This document shows positions 60,444-64,000 of a stretch of 64,000 nt of DNA, in pieces. The stretch is from an uncultured Pelagibacteraceae bacterium (GTDB lineage: Bacteria > Pseudomonadota > Alphaproteobacteria > Pelagibacterales > Pelagibacteraceae). The first letter of the stretch is position 1. Each line of letters begins with the position of its first letter. The stretch is taken from NCBI GenBank assembly GCA_902617805.1, contig CACMYF010000002.1, positions 5,889 through 69,888 on the forward strand, read 5' to 3'. The notes under the pieces were generated by a model. That model saw only the letters and a list, made by a program, of their open reading frames with translations, was not told where the DNA came from and made no database searches. The position numbers and the translations under genes were made by a program.

Positions 60444-61598
60444 ATGTCATCTGATTTAAAAGTTTTACAAGTAATACCAAAATTAGGTTATGGAGGCGCT
60501 GAAACAGGCTGTTATGATATAGCGCATTATTTACCCGAAAATAATTGTAAATCATTTATTGTAACAAGTGGTGGTGAATTACTTAAATTTGTAGATAGAG
60601 AAAAAGTTAAGATATTCAGACTTCCTGTACAGAGTAAAAATCCTTTATTAATTTTAATTAATGCTTTTATCTTAATTGGAATAATTTTAGTTTATAATAT
60701 TTCTCTGGTTCATGCGAGAAGTAGAGCACCAGCCTGGTCATGTTTGTTAGCAACAAAAATCACTGGACGAAAATTTGTAACTACCTTTCATGGAACATAC
60801 AATTTTAAGAGTAATATAAAAAAAATTTATAATTCAGTAATGACTAGAGCAGATTTAATAATTGCAGGATCTAATTTTATTTTTTCTCATATTAAAAAAA
60901 ATTATTCAAAATATTTAAACGAGAAAAAAAAATTAATGGTTATTTTTAGAGGAATAAATGTTGATTACTTTGACCCAACAACCAAAATTGAAGTTGACGA
61001 AAAAAAATTGTTAAAAAAATGGGGTATTGATAAAGATAAAAAAATTATACTTTTACCTGGCAGATTAACCTCCTGGAAAGGACAGGAGGTTTTTATAGAG
61101 GCAATTAATTTAGTGAATATAGAATTGGGTTATGAAGCATTTTATGCTGTCATTCTAGGTAGTGATCAAGGTAGAGATTTATATAAGAAAAAATTAATAA
61201 GACTTGCAGAGCAATACCGACTTTCTAAACAAATAAGATTCATAGATCATTGCAAGGATATGGCATTAGCTTATAAGGTTTCTGATATTATTGTTTCAGC
61301 CTCAACCGAACCAGAGGCTTTTGGTAGAGTTGCTGTTGAAGCACAATCGATGGAAAAACCAATTATAGCAAGTAATATTGGAGGTTCTAATGAAACAATA
61401 ATTGATGAAAAAACTGGTTTTTTATACGAAGCAGGAAATGCCAAATCATTAAGTGATAAAATATTAAGAACTCTTAACATGGATGAAACTCTATTAAAAT
61501 CAATTGGTAATGAAGGAAGAAAAAACATAGTTCAAAAATTTAATGTTGAAAAAATGTGCTTTTCTACTTATTCAGAGTATAAGAGATTATTAAATTAA
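60444..61598 (+). CDS. Glycosyltransferase family 4
   Basis: GGAE, HARSRAPAW, GRLTSWKGQ, EAFGRVAVEAQ. Confidence 0.9.
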   Translation: MSSDLKVLQVIPKLGYGGAETGCYDIAHYLPENNCKSFIVTSGGELLKFVDREKVKIFRLPVQSKNPLLILINAFILIGIILVYNISLVHARSRAPAWSCLLATKITGRKFVTTFHGTYNFKSNIKKIYNSVMTRADLIIAGSNFIFSHIKKNYSKYLNEKKKLMVIFRGINVDYFDPTTKIEVDEKKLLKKWGIDKDKKIILLPGRLTSWKGQEVFIEAINLVNIELGYEAFYAVILGSDQGRDLYKKKLIRLAEQYRLSKQIRFIDHCKDMALAYKVSDIIVSASTEPEAFGRVAVEAQSMEKPIIASNIGGSNETIIDEKTGFLYEAGNAKSLSDKILRTLNMDETLLKSIGNEGRKNIVQKFNVEKMCFSTYSEYKRLLN

Positions 61599-63515
61599 AT
61601 GCCGATAATAACATTACCTGACGGAAACAATATTGATTTTCCAAATAAAGTTACTGGATTGGAAGTAGCTGAAAAAATTAGTAAATCATTAGCTAAACAA
61701 GCCATGGTTATAAGTGTTGATGGTGAGCTTAAAGATCTTGATTTTCTAATTGAAAATGATTGTTCTGTAAAAATTTTTACCTCAAAAAATCCTGAGGGCT
61801 TGGAAACTATAAGGCATGACACAGCTCACATTTTAGCTATGGCTGTTCAAGAATTGTTTCCTGGCACACAAGTTACAATTGGACCCGTGATAGAAAATGG
61901 ATTTTATTATGATTTTGCTAGAAAAGAACCATTTACAGAGGATGATCTAGTAAAAATTGAAAATAAAATGAAAGAGATAGTTGATAGGAATGAAATAACA
62001 AAAAGAGAAGTTTGGGATAGAAACAAAGCAATTAGCCATTTTAAAAAAAAAGGAGAAATTTATAAAGCCGAGCTTATTGAAGCGATACCTGAAAACGAAG
62101 ATGTATCAATTTATTTTCATGGAGAATGGCATGATTTATGTAGAGGTCCACATCTTTCCTCTACAGGTAAAATAGGAAAATATTTTAAACTTACAAAAGT
62201 GTCGGGAGCATATTGGAGAGGAGACTCTAATAATGAAATGTTGCAACGAATATATGGTACGAGTTGGGCAACTCAAAAAGATCTAGATGATTATTTAAAA
62301 AGAATAGAAGAAGCGGAAAAAAGAGATCATAGAAAATTAGGGAGAGAAATGGATTTATTTCATTTTAGAGAAGAAAGTCCCGGCTCGGTATTTTGGCATG
62401 AAAGAGGATGGGGTTTATTTCAAAAGCTCATTAACTACATGAGAAGTAGACAAGATGCTGCTGGTTATAAAGAGGTAAATACTCCAGAAGTACTAGATAG
62501 ACAACTATGGGAAAAATCTGGGCATTGGGAAAAATATGGAGAAAACATGTATACTTCTGAAACACCAGATGAGAAAGTTTTTGCAATTAAACCGATGAAT
62601 TGCCCTGGTCATATCCAGGTATTCAATCAAGGTCTAAAAAGTTACAGAGATCTTCCTTTACGTTTTGCTGAATTTGGTAAAGTTCATCGTTATGAACCAT
62701 CAGGCGCTTTACATGGGTTATTAAGAGTAAGAGCCTTTACTCAAGATGACGCCCATATTTTTTGTACTGAAGATCAAATTACTAGTGAATGTTTAATTGT
62801 TACAAATTTAATATTAGATATTTATAAGGACCTTGGTTTTGAAAATGTAATTCTAAAATATGCAGACAGACCAGAAGTAAGAGTTGGTGATGATTTAGTA
62901 TGGGATAAAGCAGAAGCCTCTTTGCTTGAAGCTGTTAAAGCTTCTAAATTAGAATATACTATTAATAAAGGTGAAGGAGCTTTTTATGGTCCAAAAATTG
63001 AATTTGTTTTACGAGATGCTATTGGCAGAGATTGGCAATGTGGAACTTTGCAAGTAGATTTAAATTTACCTGGAAGACTAGATGCTTCTTACGTTGATAA
63101 AGATGGAACTAAAAAAGTTCCCGTTATGTTGCATAGAGCGTTATTTGGTTCTCTAGAAAGATTTATTGGAATTTTAATTGAAAATTATGCAGGTAAGTTT
63201 CCATTTTGGATATCTCCTTTACAGACTATGGTAATACCTATTTCAGAAGAATTTAATGACTATGCAATTAAAGTATCAAATAAAATTAAAAATTCAGGTA
63301 TAAGTTCTGCAGTAGATTTAAAAAATCATAATTTAAATTATAAAATTAGAGATCATTCTTTAGCAAAAATACCGCTTTTATTAATTTGTGGTAAAAAAGA
63401 AGTTGACTCCAATTCAGTAACGATTAGAAGATTAGATTCTAACAAACAAGAAAATATGGGTATAGATCAATTCTTAAAAAAATTCTCTGCTTTAAACAAA
63501 GCATCATCAAACTAA
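61599..63515 (+). CDS. thrS: Threonyl-tRNA synthetase
   Basis: TGS domain, DLCRGPH, KPMNCPGH, FYGPKIE, HRALFGSLERF. Confidence 0.99.
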   Translation: MPIITLPDGNNIDFPNKVTGLEVAEKISKSLAKQAMVISVDGELKDLDFLIENDCSVKIFTSKNPEGLETIRHDTAHILAMAVQELFPGTQVTIGPVIENGFYYDFARKEPFTEDDLVKIENKMKEIVDRNEITKREVWDRNKAISHFKKKGEIYKAELIEAIPENEDVSIYFHGEWHDLCRGPHLSSTGKIGKYFKLTKVSGAYWRGDSNNEMLQRIYGTSWATQKDLDDYLKRIEEAEKRDHRKLGREMDLFHFREESPGSVFWHERGWGLFQKLINYMRSRQDAAGYKEVNTPEVLDRQLWEKSGHWEKYGENMYTSETPDEKVFAIKPMNCPGHIQVFNQGLKSYRDLPLRFAEFGKVHRYEPSGALHGLLRVRAFTQDDAHIFCTEDQITSECLIVTNLILDIYKDLGFENVILKYADRPEVRVGDDLVWDKAEASLLEAVKASKLEYTINKGEGAFYGPKIEFVLRDAIGRDWQCGTLQVDLNLPGRLDASYVDKDGTKKVPVMLHRALFGSLERFIGILIENYAGKFPFWISPLQTMVIPISEEFNDYAIKVSNKIKNSGISSAVDLKNHNLNYKIRDHSLAKIPLLLICGKKEVDSNSVTIRRLDSNKQENMGIDQFLKKFSALNKASSN

Positions 63516-64000
63516 GTGGCAGACTTCAAACAAAATTATTTTCAAAGAAGAACCAAGGATAGAGGTCCAAGATCTAATAATAGAATTTCTTCTCCTGATG
63601 TACAGGTTATAGCAAGTGATGGAGAAAATCTTGGAGTTATGAATACCAATGAAGCTATTTCTATGGCAAAAAATCAAGGTTTAGATTTAATTGAAATAGC
63701 ACCTAATGCTAATCCTCCTGTATGTAAAATAATGGATATGGGTAAATATAAGTATGATGCCCAGAAAAAAGCAAACCTTGCAAAGAAAAAACAAAAAATT
63801 GTTTCTTTAAAAGAAATTAAAATGAGACCTGTTACGGAAACTCATGATTATGAGTTTAAAGTTAAAAATGCTAAAAAATTTATAGCTAAAGGAGATAAGG
63901 TCAAATTCACTATAAGATTTAAAGGTAGAGAACTTCAGCATTCCCATCTTGGAAATGAACTAATGGGCAAAATTAAAGAAGATATGAAGGATATCGGTAA
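63516..64000 (+). CDS. infC: Translation initiation factor IF-3 (runs off window; GTG start)
   Basis: Manual translation from GTG 63516: ..RGPRSNNRI..LDLIEIAPNANPPVCKIMDMGKYKY..KEIKMRP..GDKVKFTIRFKGRE. Confidence 0.95.
   Translation, partial: MADFKQNYFQRRTKDRGPRSNNRISSPDVQVIASDGENLGVMNTNEAISMAKNQGLDLIEIAPNANPPVCKIMDMGKYKYDAQKKANLAKKKQKIVSLKEIKMRPVTETHDYEFKVKNAKKFIAKGDKVKFTIRFKGRELQHSHLGNELMGKIKEDMKDIG

Noticed and set aside
375-61822. Many 60-175 aa ORFs antisense or out-of-frame to core genes (e.g. 3845-4372, 6020-6490, 35221-35631)
   Set aside because: They overlap well-supported genes, show no recognisable motifs, and have the composition expected of shadow ORFs in AT-rich DNA.

Overview
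AT-rich, very gene-dense chromosomal window. Gene content, synteny and minimal intergenic spacing point to a streamlined alphaproteobacterium, most likely Pelagibacterales/SAR11 (inference). It is mostly core genome, in order: lnt-metK; nusA-infB-rbfA-rpsO-pnp; a two-gene sugar epimerase/GT2 islet; fabA-fabB-fabI divergent from irr and rubrerythrin/Fe-S oxidoreductase/DUF3501; ubiE-ubiB-coaBC-dut-moeB; mutM-rpsT-dnaA-dnaN; argH-lipoprotein-lysA-plsC; coq7/dsbB; tRNA-Leu(CAA) and an acyl-CoA ligase; helicase-TerB-like-fdxA-carD; acetoacetate-CoA ligase, aminotransferase and TAXI-TRAP; tRNA-Arg(ACG); thiolase; aceEF; gltDB; thrS-infC. No prophage, IS or CRISPR is evident. The strongest lead is a 30-aa Lys/Arg-rich gene absent from the ORF track. 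It has its own promoter, RBS, GANTC-containing palindrome and terminator, and converges on a CarD with a long Lys-rich extension. Other leads: GANTC-bearing direct repeats upstream of dnaA, a purine pentamer repeat leader before pnp, two further small ORFs, a lipoyl domain fused to AceE, and a GTG start for infC. Single-base homopolymer frameshifts in infB and coaBC are probably sequencing errors.
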